Shown in pieces: positions 23,087 through 35,404 of a DNA stretch of 64,000 bases. Each line of letters starts with the position of its first letter. Position 1 is the stretch's first letter. A program made the position numbers and the translations under genes. Below the pieces are notes generated by a model that searched no databases, was not told where the DNA came from, and saw only the letters and a program-made list of their open reading frames with translations. Origin of the DNA: Eledone cirrhosa (taxonomy: Eukaryota); the NCBI GenBank assembly GCA_964016885.1, contig OZ024741.1, positions 194,494,001 to 194,558,000 on the forward strand, given 5' to 3'.

Positions 23087-26000
23087 CCAAACCCACAAAA
23101 TCTCTTAACTGTTGTCAGCGCCATCTTCTGGCCAACATATTAGTTAATTATTCAGCTTCTGGTGGTGGGTGTTGTAGACATCGCTTCATCAATTCATGTC
23201 ACCAAATCCTCTCCTCCATAAGCTTCAGGTTTTGTGCCTTTGTCATAAACCCTTGTTGTTAGTATGGTGGTGTGGCAGTTTCATCTTGCTATTTTGATTT
23301 CAAATCCTGCTAGTTGAGGTTACATTTCATCTCTCACTAGGGATCAATAAAATAAATACTAGTAATATATTCAAATCAATTGCATAAACTATAATCTCTC
23401 CCACCCCTCACAAATTTCTGGTTTTGTTCCTATATAAGAAATTGTTATTATTATTTGGGTAGTGAATTGGTAAAACCATTGGAGCATTGAACAAAATACT
23501 TTGCAGCTATTAACCATGTTTCTTTGTTATAAGTTCAAATTCCACTGAGGTCAACTTTGCCTTTCATCCTTCTGTAGTTGATAAAATAAAGTACCAGTCA
23601 TGTACTGGGGATAATGTAATTGACTTTCCCCTTCGCACAAAATTGCTGGCCTTGTGCATGAATTAGAAATTATATTAGAGCAGTGGCTAGGCTGAATTCG
23701 GAGAGCATCAGACAAACTATGTCATATTATTTCTTCCAACTCTTTATGTTTAGAGTTTGCATCCTGCGATCAACTTTGCCTTTCATCCTTTCAGGGCAGA
23801 TAAAATAAAGTAGCAGTTAAGTGCTGGAGGTCACATCTACAACTATTGATGTAAACCTTTGTCTCCTTTAAGCACATCTAGCTGAGAAAAAAAAATTTTT
23901 TTGTTCCTTTTTGTGTAAGTATCATTTAGACACAGAAACATTTCCTTGTGAAGCACTGTTTTTATTTCCTTTCTTGCCTTTGATTTATTTTATATAATGC
24001 TGCTAGTGGTTGCTGTCACTCTCATGTTTCCATTCAATACAGTAAAATGTTTAGAGTCTTTTGAAGTTGTTGTTCAAATGTTCTTCAGTCCGGTATTATA
24101 ATTTTAAATTTGGTTATATTCAATAAAAACCATACAGAGTAGAAGGTCTGATCTCAGTAAAATGGTTTTAATTCTCATTTCACCATTTCACTCCACTAGC
24201 AACACTGATGCTTATTTCAAAAGCAATGATGTCGTACAATCTCACCACCACCTTTTATAAATCTGAGGTTTTTTTGCCTGTTTAGTAAGGAAATACAACA
24301 AAAAAAAAGCTGTAATATTGAACAATTGCATTATATAATGTTTGGGAAAGGAAGAGGTGGTATATCTCAGCTGACATTTTAATCCCCAAAAGAAATTTGT
24401 TGTGAAAAACTAAAACTAAAAAAATAAATTGCCGACAATACAACAAATAGTTAGTCCATTCCTAGTGTCTTGAGTTATGGTGACTAACTGGTAGTCTGAT
24501 CCTATCAAAACTACAGTAGTACTGATATCTAGGATGTCCTGAGTTACCAGGAAGAAACAAACATTGGGATTGAAAGCAAAGTTATAACAAATAAATATAA
24601 AATATATAGAAAATAATTTCATCTTGATTTCAATGATTTGGGTTCCTCAACTCTGTTCACAATCCCTTCAATGTAGTATCCCCAACTCTCCTATTTTTTT
24701 CAGTCTTGCTCCCTAAACTAAATTGAAGACAAAATGACTCAGGGTCACAATACACTGACAATGGGAATAAGGTAGCTAACTCTGTATGTTCCAGTCTTTA
24801 CTTCATATTTCATGATTATAACTAGTAACAATTGTGACAAAAAAACCCTTCCAATAAGAACATGAATAAATGAATGTTAAAAAAGATATTTTACCTTGAT
24901 GCTACTCTCAAGTGATCGTTTATTTTGTTTTTGTACTTTTTTTTTCCTAAAGAGGTTGTAGTTGATTAATCAGCATAATATATTACTGGTATTTATTTGA
25001 TCAATCTTGAAAAGATGAAATGGAATGTCACTTTTGACAGTATTTGAACTGAGAATCTAGAGAAGTGAGATTCAGTATTGTCAGTCACTGTCTGCTACTC
25101 ATTTACACTTCACACACATTTCATTTTTTAACAACAACATTGATTTCCTTTGAGAAGTAGGAATTTTGTAATTAAATTCATCCCAAGTATATTACTGCTA
25201 TTTAATTTATAAACATTTGACGGATGATGACTTTCATCAGCATGAATAATGATTTTTTTTTCCATTGGCACAGGGTCATGGTATAGTTGTAAGAATTAAC
25301 TCCAGTACATGACTGGTGCTTTGTTTTATTGACTCTGGTTGGATATGAACTCAGAACATACATATATGAAACAATGGTTATGTATTTGGTGTGTCACTAC
25401 TCTGAAATACTAACACCCTACTTTAACAGAGGAAACATTCTGAATTTTGTACTAAATGTTTGATGATATTTAATTTTGTCTCTGTTTATTTTTAACTTAA
25501 TTTTTGTCATAAAATGAATATGAGTGTTGTACTCAGGTTTGATTCAATCAGCTCTACAATTTGTGACCCTCTACCAATGTGAACAACCATGATTATTATA
25601 ATTATCATGTGAATTCTCTATTTTCAGCTTTTCAGAATATATTTTCATTGTAGCTTACAATTTATTGAAATATATTTATATTATTTCTATTTCATACAAA
25701 TTGTGATTTTTATTTCCTTTTTAACATTCCATAACCTAAAATTGATATTTTTGTGTGTTTCTACCACTGCGATAATACCTAACTTTTCCAAAGATGCCAT
25801 AGTATTTTCAGATATTCTTGAAATCAAGTGCCTGTTTAAATGTTTTTCATACAAATGCTTTGTTTTTAATCTAAGAAGTTTTGATTTCTAGAACTTCTCT
25901 ACTGCCCCCTTTTTAACCCAAGTGTGGATTTTCTTGGATACTGAAGTTGTATGAAAGTCTATTGGAATCATTATTGACTCTTGGCAGTTTGAACAGATTG

Positions 26001-26269
26001 TGATAATTCTGTATGTGTGTGTTGGATAGACTGAGGTAACTGTGCGTGTGTGTTGGCGGTTGGACAGACTCTGGTAATTGTGTGTATATTGAACAGACTG
26101 TGGTAATTGTGTGTGTAGAAATCTTTGATAGATTGACTTCCAATAAGTTATTATAGTTTCAGAGAGATCAACCTACAGGTTTCCACTGTTGCCATGAATC
26201 CTGGATGTCGGGCATATTTCAACATTTACTGTGGCTCTTTGAAGGTCATACAAACTTCTACAGGTTATT

Positions 26270-26520
26270 GTTGGCTTTCTGCTGGTCTTCCCGACCTACA
26301 GCTAGTAAATCGTGGAAGATTTCTACAGCTATTGTAGGTCTTAGAAGATTTCTACAGCTATTGTAGGTCTTGGAAGATTTCTACAACTATTGTGGCTTTT
26401 GGAATGCCATATACAGCTACTGTGTCACTTGGTAGCCTCTACATACTTATATAGCTACTGTGGCTCTTGGAAAATCATAGCCCATACATTTTCCTACATC
26501 TCGAGAGCCTTGAAGGATCA
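26270..26520. repeat. Degenerate minisatellite of about 30 bp (GGAAGATTTCTACAGCTATTGTAGGTCT)
   Basis: Three well-conserved units at about 26313-26400, decaying on both sides. Confidence 0.7.
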
Positions 26521-26883
26521 TACAAACCTTAGTCTAGGAACATATTCCAGTTACTAGTGTGGTTGGTGTTGCTTTCTGTTTTAGATTATTTACTACTGCA
26601 GTTATGTCAAGATGCTTCTACATGTATGTATGTATGTATGGTGTATATATATGTATGTATGTATATATAAACTTTATAATCAATCCTTTTCCAAATGTTT
26701 ATCTCGCCTCTCCCCAAATAATGCTTAAAGCTTTTCTCCATCCAATTCAGTAGTTACTAAAACATATTTTTGAAAAATTGATTATTTGAAAATTAATTTT
26801 TCACTGCGGACCTCTTCATAACAATTTGGTGAAAATTGTAAATGTTTTTACAAAACCTTCCAAATATTATCAGATTATTCCTC

Positions 26884-26889
26884 AATAAA
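26884..26889 (+). promoter_or_regulatory. Candidate distal polyadenylation signal of the CHP1-like gene
   Basis: AATAAA followed by ATTAAA and a T/GT-rich tract. Other AATAAA hexamers occur near 24122 and 24865, so this choice is uncertain. Confidence 0.3.
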
Positions 26890-27653
26890 ATTCTGATTTA
26901 TTAAACACTTCCTGTATTTGTTCTCCCTATTTTGTTTACATCTTTTCATTAATATCATTTCTTGTTCAATTTTTACTTAAAAATACCAAATGTTGCAGAA
27001 CTAAGAACTTCTAATGAATATTGGTTTCTGATTTAGGCACAAGGCCAATAATTTTAGGGGAAGGGGAAAGTTGATTAAATTGACCCCAGTGCATTACTGG
27101 TACTTAATTTTATCGCCCCTGTAAGGATGAAAGGTAAAGCTAACTCAGAAAGTATGGAGATGTAACCATATGCCGCAAAGCATGTTGCCTGATGCTCTAC
27201 TGATACTGCCAATCTACCACCCTACTTCTAATGAATATTAATATCAATTATCAGAACTGTTTGCTTAGGAATAGCTTTTCTAATGTTGTAGTAATAATCA
27301 GTATGACCATGTAGTTGACTATGTTCTAATAGGTGTAGACCCCGGTCTGTCATAACTGACCATGAGCTGGCACCTAGAAAGGTCCTATCCGAGGTACAAG
27401 TTCCGGTGAGGTGTTTTTATGGAAGACCAACAGTCTCCTCTCTCCAAGGAAAAGACCAATACAGCTTGGCAACTCATTTCTACAGCTAAGTGAACTGGAG
27501 AAACATGAAATAAATTGTCTTGCCTGGTTTGAGATATAACTTCATGCCATTACTAAGTTTCCTAAGGTAGCAACAGTAGGTTTTCTTTTTATTAATCTGG
27601 AAGAAGTCTATTAATTGAGAACACAACTGTATATTTAAGGAAACAGTTGTATA

Positions 27654-27851
27654 TTAACTCTTAACATCTTTTAATGATATAGCAGAAAATATCTAAAAAC
27701 AAATTTTATTTAAATGTTTATAGTATCTTTACTAGTGGACAGATCATTGTGAAAATTTGCAGCATTTGACTTAAATTTTTAATGTGATGCTGTTTTGTTT
27801 TATACTTTTCAAGAATTTCTTGCTGATGCAGTACAAGATATTAAGAGTTAA
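27654..27851. mobile_element. MITE-like element with TTAA ends
   Basis: TTAACTCTTAACATCTT...AAGATATTAAGAGTTAA inverted termini; homologous to 7934-8165. Confidence 0.7.
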
Positions 27852-27980
27852 TAATTAAGGAGGAGGCAGTTAATTAAAATGAAAAAGGAGTTATTTATTA
27901 ATTCTAATATTTTAGAAACCCAAAGAATGAAATGCCCTACAAAAATAAACGACAAACTTTTGAAAAGAAAAAAATCTATA

Positions 27981-28825
27981 CAATCTGGCTTTGTACCAGG
28001 CAAAAGCACCACTGATGTGCTCTTCTTTGTAAGTACCTAGCTAAAAGTAAGCCGCTCTACCTGGCATTTGTTGATCTGGAGAAAGTTTTCGACAGTGCCC
28101 CATGCCATAATCTGGCATAGATGAGTGGCTTGTGAAGGCGTCCACCAGGGCTCTGTTCTTGGCCTTCTGTTTATTATTGTATTGCAGGGTGGTGGATTGG
28201 CAGTATCGGTAGAGGGTCGGATGCTATGCAGCACAGTTACGCCCCTTTCTGATCTGAGTTCAAATCCCGCCAAGGTTCACTTTGCCTTTCATCCTTACGG
28301 AGTCGATAAAATAAAGTACCAGTAATGCACTGAGATAATTGCTGGCCTTGTGCCAAACAGAAACAATTATTGTATTGCAGACTGTAACAGAGTTTAAGAC
28401 CAGCTGCCCATGGAAACTCCTGTGCGTGCACGATCTTACACTCATAGCTGAATCCATGGTGAAACTAGAGAAGAAATTCCAAACACGGAAGCAGGGACTA
28501 GAAAGAAGGGGCCTCAGAGTCAACCTGAAAAAGACCAAGTAGAAGATAAAACAGAACCCAGATCCCCTTGGGGAAATGGCCTTGCTCAATATGTAGGAAA
28601 GGTGTAGGTAGAAATTTCATCCTCTGCCCCAAATACAAACTATGGTTACACAAGAGATGTAGTGGGATCTCGATCACTCAAAGTTGATGGAAGCCTTGGG
28701 ATGAGGTGATAAAAGCTGACCTTGCTCAGTTGCACCTCTCAAAGGCGATTACACAGAACTGAGATCTCCATCATTACGCAGTAATACAGAAGACCCAACT
28801 TCCCATTGGCACAGGCCGAAGCATA
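27981..28825 (+). mobile_element. Internally deleted RTE-like LINE remnant interrupted by a SINE
   Basis: QSGFVPGKSTTD, LAFVDLEKVFD, GVHQGSVL.LLFIIVLQ, CPWKLL..HDL.LIAES, GLRVNLKKTK and a Cys-rich GKWPCSICRKGVG...HKRCSGI. Related 3' ends lie at about 29410-29570, 33910-34160 and 9890-10040. Confidence 0.88.
28188..28365 (+). mobile_element. Apparently full-length young family-A SINE with a 15-bp TSD
   Basis: TSD ATTATTGTATTGCAG at 28173-28187 and 28366-28380. A-box-like TGGCAGTATCGG and B box GAGTTCAAATCC. Confidence 0.93.
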
Positions 28826-28899
28826 TATATAGTATGCGTCACCCCACCCTCGCATACATCTCCCATGAGAAAAGGCCGAAGTATACATCCAGTGAAGCC

Positions 28900-29117
28900 C
28901 CCAGCCCACACTGTAAAGTAATCGTGTAGGTGTCATGACAAAAAGCACCCAGTCCACACTGTAAATGAGGTTGGTGTTAGGAAGGGCATCCAGCTGTAGA
29001 AACTTAGCCAAAATTAGTTCTGTATGAACAAGACATGGTCACCTGACCTAGCATTGCCCACAACAGGACAACTCGTTTAACCCATGCTAGCGTGGAAAAA
29101 TGGACATAAAACTGATA
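28900..29117 (+). mobile_element. SINE family B (core GGTTGGTGTTAGGAAGGGCATCCAGC, tail AACCCATGCTAGCGTGGAA...(TGA)n; resembles Meta-type SINEs)
   Basis: Other copies lie at about 1490-1635(-), 8468-8715(-), 9100-9486(+), 20860-21625(-), 22168-22480(-), 29600-29931(+), 34310-34525(+) and 35847-36170(-). The superfamily name is from recall. Confidence 0.8.
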
Positions 29118-29958
29118 ACACAAACTGCATTCTATCGACAATTTCTTAATTACTGTCACAACTTCAATGTACAGACACAGTGTTGTATCAATAATTTAAT
29201 AGCTGTCACAACCTGAATCTATACAAAAACAAGTTTCTTTGTAGTTATGAACTGATTTTACTTGGCTGTGAGTTAAACAAACTGATCACATCTTAGAAAA
29301 GCCCAAAACTGTTTTTTCCATAAATATAGCAAGTTAGTAAGAGCACTAACACATGGTTCAGATTAAGGGAATATATATAGACCCATACATAATATACACA
29401 CAGGGTGATTAAAATTGATGGAAGTTACGGAGTAGGTAGACCCAGAAAAACCTGGGACAACATGATAAAGTCCAACCTTGCACCTCTCTAAGACAATGTC
29501 ACTGGGTCAAGATCTTTGGCGCCACGCAGTATCACAGAAGACCCGCCTTCCCTACGTGCAAAGTTAATCTACAGTCAGACCCCTCTAAACCAAATATACA
29601 CCTCATCCCACTCCCGCCAACACCACCCTTTCTCTATAAAGTTATGTTGGTACCACAACATCCAGTCGAAACTAATGATCGTGTAGATGTCCCCCCCCCC
29701 CCACCAAAAAAAGTCTGCGCTGTAATGTGGCCGTGTAGGTAACACAGTAAAAAGTTCCCTGTCCACACTGTAAATGTGGTTGGTGTTAGGAAGGGCATCC
29801 AGCCATAGAAAATCTGCCAGATAGTCCTATACAAGCAAGACACGGTCACCCAACCAATCTTGCCTCAAGTGGGACAACTCCCGTCTAACCCATGCTAGCG
29901 TGGAAGATAGACATTAAACAATGATGATGATAGGCTTACTAACTGTGATTGTATCAAC

Positions 29959-30107
29959 TACCAGTGTACCCATTTAAAAGCTACTGAGGTGACTTATTGT
30001 AAACAAATATATTGTATGTAGGTCCATATGTACCAGTGTACCCATTTAAAAGCTACTGAGGTGACTTATTGTAAACAAATATATTGTATGTAGGTCCATA
30101 TGTACCA
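29959..30107. repeat. Perfect 72-bp tandem duplication bounded by TACCA microhomology
   Basis: Units start at 29959 and 30031, with a third TACCA at 30103. Confidence 0.93.
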
Positions 30108-30614
30108 TTATACCATGTCAGCTACTTACCTATATTAATTAGGAAGACTGCTACTTTATTTAAGTTGGAAGAAGTCAGCTATTTATTAGAAATCTAAAGA
30201 AAATGTTTGCCTAAATCCATTAAGATTATTCTTTTACTAATTTCAATCATTAGACTGCCACCATGCCAAGACACTATCTTTAAGGGATTTAATCAATCAT
30301 AGACTAATCTAGTACTTATTTCACTGATTGATATTTATTGAACTACAAATTTATGGGCATCCAGGAACAAAACAAACAATGGTCTAATTTTTAGACCAGT
30401 GTAAACACTAGCACAGACAGACAAACATCAGACAAGTTTCTGCACAGTTTCCATCTAATAAATTCCATGTGCAAGGAATTAATTAAACTTTTTGACATGA
30501 AGCTGCCCATAATACTTATGGTCGTGTGAGTGTTTTGAGCAAAAAAATATTTCCAATTTTCAATGCCCTAAAGATTGCATTAGGCGCCAGTTAGCGATCT
30601 CTGTCTTTCTTAGT

Positions 30615-31277
30615 CTATCTTTTTAGATAGATACATAGCTACAACGTTGCGACCTTATAATATCTGTCTGTCTCTATGTCTGGCTGTCTGCATTACAACA
30701 TTATGACACTATCTCTGTGTATGTACATATAGTGTAACGTTTTTCGAAATATTACATTCTGCGTTCAGATTGATTTTTTTAGTTTCAAAAGATCCTGTTA
30801 AGGGTGAAAGCAACGATTCTTCGCTTAAACTTTAATCTGTTATTTTAATATATATATATATATAATTATATATTCGTGTACAGATATTTTTGCATACACA
30901 ATAACAAAATATAAACAAACGTATTTATTTCATGAGGCTCGATAAGGATAAATATATATCAAATATATAAGAACCCTAGAGCAAATATTGTTCTCATTGC
31001 TGATGAGGCAGAAAGGGATATACATGATTGGCTGAAGAAGGACGAGACTCTGTTAGTACGACCAATGGTTGCTATCACACCAATAGCAGCAAAAACAACA
31101 ACAAAAAAGAGAGGGATCTTAATGGAAAATTATTTGCCTATTCACCCAAGGCGACTTCACTTTTTATTAGGACTTCTGCATCAATTGGTGAACATATGAC
31201 GAAACTGTTTCAGAAAGGAGGGATAAACATACCAATCTATGTTTAGAATCCCGAGCAACGCCGGGCCATTCTGCTAG
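30615..31277 (+). mobile_element. Non-autonomous Helitron-like element (5' boundary uncertain)
   Basis: The 3' end has an imperfect GC-rich hairpin CCCGAGCAACGCCGGG, then CTAG|T (31274-31278). A (CTGT)n-like tract lies near the 5' end, and the interior 30733-30840 is similar to 18303-18400. Confidence 0.65.
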
Positions 31278-31812
31278 TATTTATCTAAAAACCAATCATC
31301 ATAATTTTATGTAAGAACCTTTGTTATTTTTCAAATACAAATTTGATATTGAGAAAGTTAAATGTTTTACAAAATCTTTCCTAATTCTTATTTTCAAAAT
31401 GATTTGAAAACTATAGATATTAGAAATATGGTAATGAAAGTGTTAATCTGGGACTGCAATAGAAGACTCTTAACCAAGAAGCTGCACAGTGGGATCAACC
31501 CCAGAACCATGTATTTGCAAAGTGTACTTCTTAATTGTACAGCCATGATTGAGTCGGTTTTAAATATTAATATACTTTGGATATAGTGAATTATTTAATG
31601 TAAATTACCAGTTATACTTGTATATAAATTGCAACCCTTTTGTATTTATAATATTTTACTTCATTATTCAATATTTCAAGCCCAGAGCAAGGAAGAATAG
31701 ATAAATCACATACAAATATATAGTAAAACACTACAACTTATCTGTGAGCATTTAAGATATTTAATCATGTAGAATATTGCAGGAAACACAAACAATAGAT
31801 TGCAATGTCTGG

Positions 31813-31818
31813 TTTATT
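31813..31818 (-). promoter_or_regulatory. Candidate Sec23 polyadenylation signal
   Basis: Minus-strand AATAAA followed by CA and a TGTTTGTGTTT downstream element, about 600 nt after the stop codon. Confidence 0.4.
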
Positions 31819-32420
31819 AATCATATTTTGAATTGATTGAGCACAAGACATATATATATATATATACACATATACATACACACATATACATGTAACATAG
31901 CTGTGGTTTATATGGTTTAAAGAAGAAAAAACCACCACCAGGTTATTACAATGTTGAAATTGTCTGAATCAGGATAACAGAATAATTGATATATAACATT
32001 TTTGGGGCAAAAATGTGACATATTGGTTCACACACACACACATATACACACTCACACTCTCTGATTCTCTCTCTCAATCACATACGCTATATATATATAT
32101 ATATATATATATTTATTACATGTGCTCAAACAAGCCAAGCACAAAATTAACCTTTACTTTATAGACTAGTATATCGTTTTATATCAAACCATTTGATGGT
32201 TCTCATTATTATTGTTAACCATTTTGACAAATGAAGTCATCATTTTTATCAAATATATTCTCAGAAGTTTAAAAGAAAGAATGTCAGTCAAAGTGAGTAG
32301 CTGCAATGTGTGTGGTTCATATTTGCTGCTATTGTTTCTCTGGAGACAAACTCAGTATTTGAAGTGGCTCTGTTAATAAGACAGATCCTAATAATATTTG
32401 TTGCTAATATCTCATTGTAA

Positions 32421-32600
<180 letters not shown>

Positions 32601-32693
32601 TTATATATATATTAGTGGTTTTCCAAATGAGATCAGGAATTTAAAAAAAAGTAAAATAAGGTGCTCAATACATTAGTAGAGGAGATACATATT

Positions 32694-32778
32694 TATTTCA
32701 TTTAGAAATGACTTCTACAGGACTACAACTGTTTCATTTATTTGAAATCATCAGGAAAAGTCATTTCTATATGAAATA
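32694..32778 (-). ncRNA. Degenerate type I hammerhead ribozyme motif closed by an inverted repeat of about 21 bp
   Basis: Minus strand: GAAAUGACUUUUC-CUGAUGA-UUUCAAAUAAAU-GAAA-CAG UUGUAGUC CUG-UA-GAAGUCAUUUC. Stem II is imperfect. Confidence 0.6.
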
Positions 32779-32804
32779 TATAAACACACTCACATATATA
32801 TTAT

Positions 32805-33900
32805 AGTCTTCTTGTTGCCTGATGAGACTGGAGTCATCTTAGATTAGTGATCCAGAGGCATCATCATGTATAGAGATGACCAGGTCCATCAGTGCCTTCT
32901 ATTGCTGGCAGTCCTGTGTCAACCCCCCTGCATCCTCCAAGGTGACACCAAGCCTCTAGAGATCTTCCTCGATGACATCCAGCCATCTGATGCGGGGCCG
33001 GCCACGGGGCCTCTTCCAGCCTGTAGCTGCTGCATCAAACGAGAATAAGGCCCTGGTAAAATGATCTGGCAGCAGGCAGAGGACATGTCCATACCAGTGC
33101 ATGAGGTGACAGGTTGCAGGTTGATGTGTGTGTACACTTGAAGGCCAGGCTATGTTGATACTTGTTGGTATATGGTCAGTGTGTCCCTGAGCTGATCAAT
33201 CGAGTTGCTGGGTGGTGTCGTACACATACTCCAGGTCAGTAAGATGGTAGTTCTTGAAGGTAATGCCAGAAACTCACTCACAGGCCTTGGTCATCAGATA
33301 GTTGATGACACAGTTGAAGAGTCATCAGGGGCAGCCATGCAACCCTGTCTGACTCCGTTGTTGATGGGGAACCAGTTGAAGTCCTTCTCGTTCGCCCACA
33401 CGCAACTGTTGGCACTGAGTCTGGCCTTGTGTGTTCTGTAAATCCGAGTGTTACTGTTTGGAGTTTTGCTCATGGTAAGATCACTGAAGGTGGGTCAGTC
33501 TTCTGAGGAGGTTCCAGACGAAGAGAGAGCTGTGGCGCCTTGGCTCACTGTCAAGATGGCAGCCCCATCATCTGACTATTCTGTGGAGGACCAACAAGCT
33601 ACCCAGAAGAGCCATCAACCTGTTACGAAACTGACCAGAAGAAACCTGACTGCTCAACATCAGAATGGACCCTTGCTACAAGAAATTGACTTACACTCCA
33701 AAATTTGTGTTGCCACATGGAATGTCCTGTCACCCCAGAGCAGCCACCCTGTTGTCCCTAGTGCTATCCCACAACACCATCACACCGGTGAGACTCTGCA
33801 AAACAGCTGGCCTGGTAGTTGGGAATTCGTCACAGGAGACCACAGCCTCATTTGATGTGGCCCTGAAGATTGGACCAGCCTTGGTGGCATGTCCGCAAGT
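32805..33900. mobile_element. Decayed LINE (RTE-like): RT/3' part on - (about 32805-33440) and 5'/endonuclease start on + (about 33445-33900)
   Basis: GC-richer island. The minus strand gives WFPINNGVRQGCMAAP and the plus strand gives KICVATWNVLS (AP-endonuclease N-terminal motif). Confidence 0.7.
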
Positions 33901-34880
33901 CATTCATCAGCTGGAGAGGAGAGGAGATTGTGGTGGTATGGACACATGATGCATATGAAGGATGATAGCTGTATAAAAAGGTGCAGGCCACTCAAAGTTG
34001 ATGTAAGCAATGGTGTAGGAAGACTTGGGGTGAGGTGATAAAAGCTAATCTTGCACAATTGCACCTCTCAAAGGTGATTACACAGGATTGAAGTCTCTGA
34101 TGTTTTCTAGTTATGCAGAAGACCTGCCTTCCCATGTGCACAGGCTGAAGTATACATCTAGTATGAAGCACTTTCCTTTTCTCTACCCTTTCTCCTATGT
34201 CTTAACACTCCACCCTCTACCCACATCCTAACACTCCACCCTTCAACTCTACATTTCATCAGCTAAATGCCTCACCTTACATACATGCACTTCCCCCATC
34301 CCAGCCCCCTCACCCTGTAAAGTGGTCATCTTGGTACTATATGAAAAGCACCTAGTCAACACTGTAAATGTAGTTGGCATTAGGAAGGACATCCAGCCAT
34401 AGAAACCAAGCCAGATCAGTTTGTATAAATAAAAAGCAGTCATATGATTTAATTTGTCTTACAACAAGACAACTCATCTAACTCATGCTAGTGTGGAAAA
34501 ATGGATGTTAAACGATGATGATGATATGTATATATATATGTGTGTTGTTTTTGTGGCAAAATAAATTAATAGTAAATTGGTTTAATTACTCAATGACATG
34601 TAAGACAAATGTAACATTTCCCCACCTTTTAAATCATTGCAAAAAAAATGAAAAAATTGAAAGAAAACAAAGGAATATTAACTTGAGAAATTAGTCACAA
34701 AAGAACATATTTTGATGTATTAACAAGTTAGGATTGATGAGATAACATCAAGAAAGACCTAAATGTCATACAAAAGTTGGTCCCATGAGAGGATCAGAAT
34801 TTGTTGTTTGCCTGAGTAAACATATATTTAGCATTCACAAATATATTAGTAATTCATATAAGAAAACTAATGTTTATACA

Positions 34881-35046
34881 AAATCTATTTGCTTTTCTTA
34901 TGAAAAGCTGTCACAATGCATATTTTAACTATAAAATATTTAAATAAATTGGGTAAATTATTCTAGCTGTCTACCCAATATATTAGACTATATTAGAGTT
35001 AAATATGCATTGTAGTAGCTTTTCATAAGAAAAAGCAAATAGATTT
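34881..35046. repeat. Inverted repeat / MITE-like hairpin with arms of about 50 bp
   Basis: AAATCTATTTGCTTTTCTTATGAAAAGCT..ACAATGCATATTT pairs with AAATATGCATTGT..AGCTTTTCATAAGAAAAAGCAAATAGATTT. There is also an inner ATTGGGTA/TACCCAAT pair. Confidence 0.85.
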
Positions 35047-35386
35047 CAAATTTTCAAACTTATTAGTTAATAATGAATATATGTTCAATTGTTAATTTCA
35101 CAGCAATTCTTCCAACAAAGATGCTTACTTAGAAATATTCAACCTACACCAAGCTAACACCATTGATTCAATTAATTTAAATAATTGATCAGTAACAATA
35201 AACATGCTCCAATTACCAAATTAACATACAAATTTCATTTATTGTTATAGCAAAGAAAGATAAAAAGGAAGAAAAAAACACCACCAAATAAAAATAAAAA
35301 AAAGAAGTCCCTTCACCTAAAGAAAAAACCCAATAATAAATATAAGATAAATATAAAAATATAAATGATAAAAGGTATATAGATAC

Positions 35387-35404
35387 CTCACTGATTATTT
35401 GTGT
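35387..35404 (-). CDS. Candidate alternative 18-nt Sec23 microexon (TQIISE)
   Basis: attcag|ACACAAATAATCAGTGAG|gtatct, phase 0-0 like the host intron, with a 187-nt AG-free U-rich region upstream. Not supported by any homology I can confirm. Confidence 0.4.

Noticed and set aside
26270-26520. Minisatellite of about 30 bp as a relative of the large satellite
   Set aside because: Only a short AGCT..TGTGG similarity is shared, which is insufficient to claim homology.
28200-28275. tRNA gene (A and B boxes)
   Set aside because: No cloverleaf; it is the tRNA-derived head of a SINE with a TSD.
31000-31020. CTGATGAGGCAGAAAG, hammerhead-like boxes
   Set aside because: There is no room for stem II and no stems I or III.
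32818-32845. CTGATGA-GACTGGAGTC, possible hammerhead
   Set aside because: No GAAA follows the hairpin; it is the 3' end of a LINE relic.
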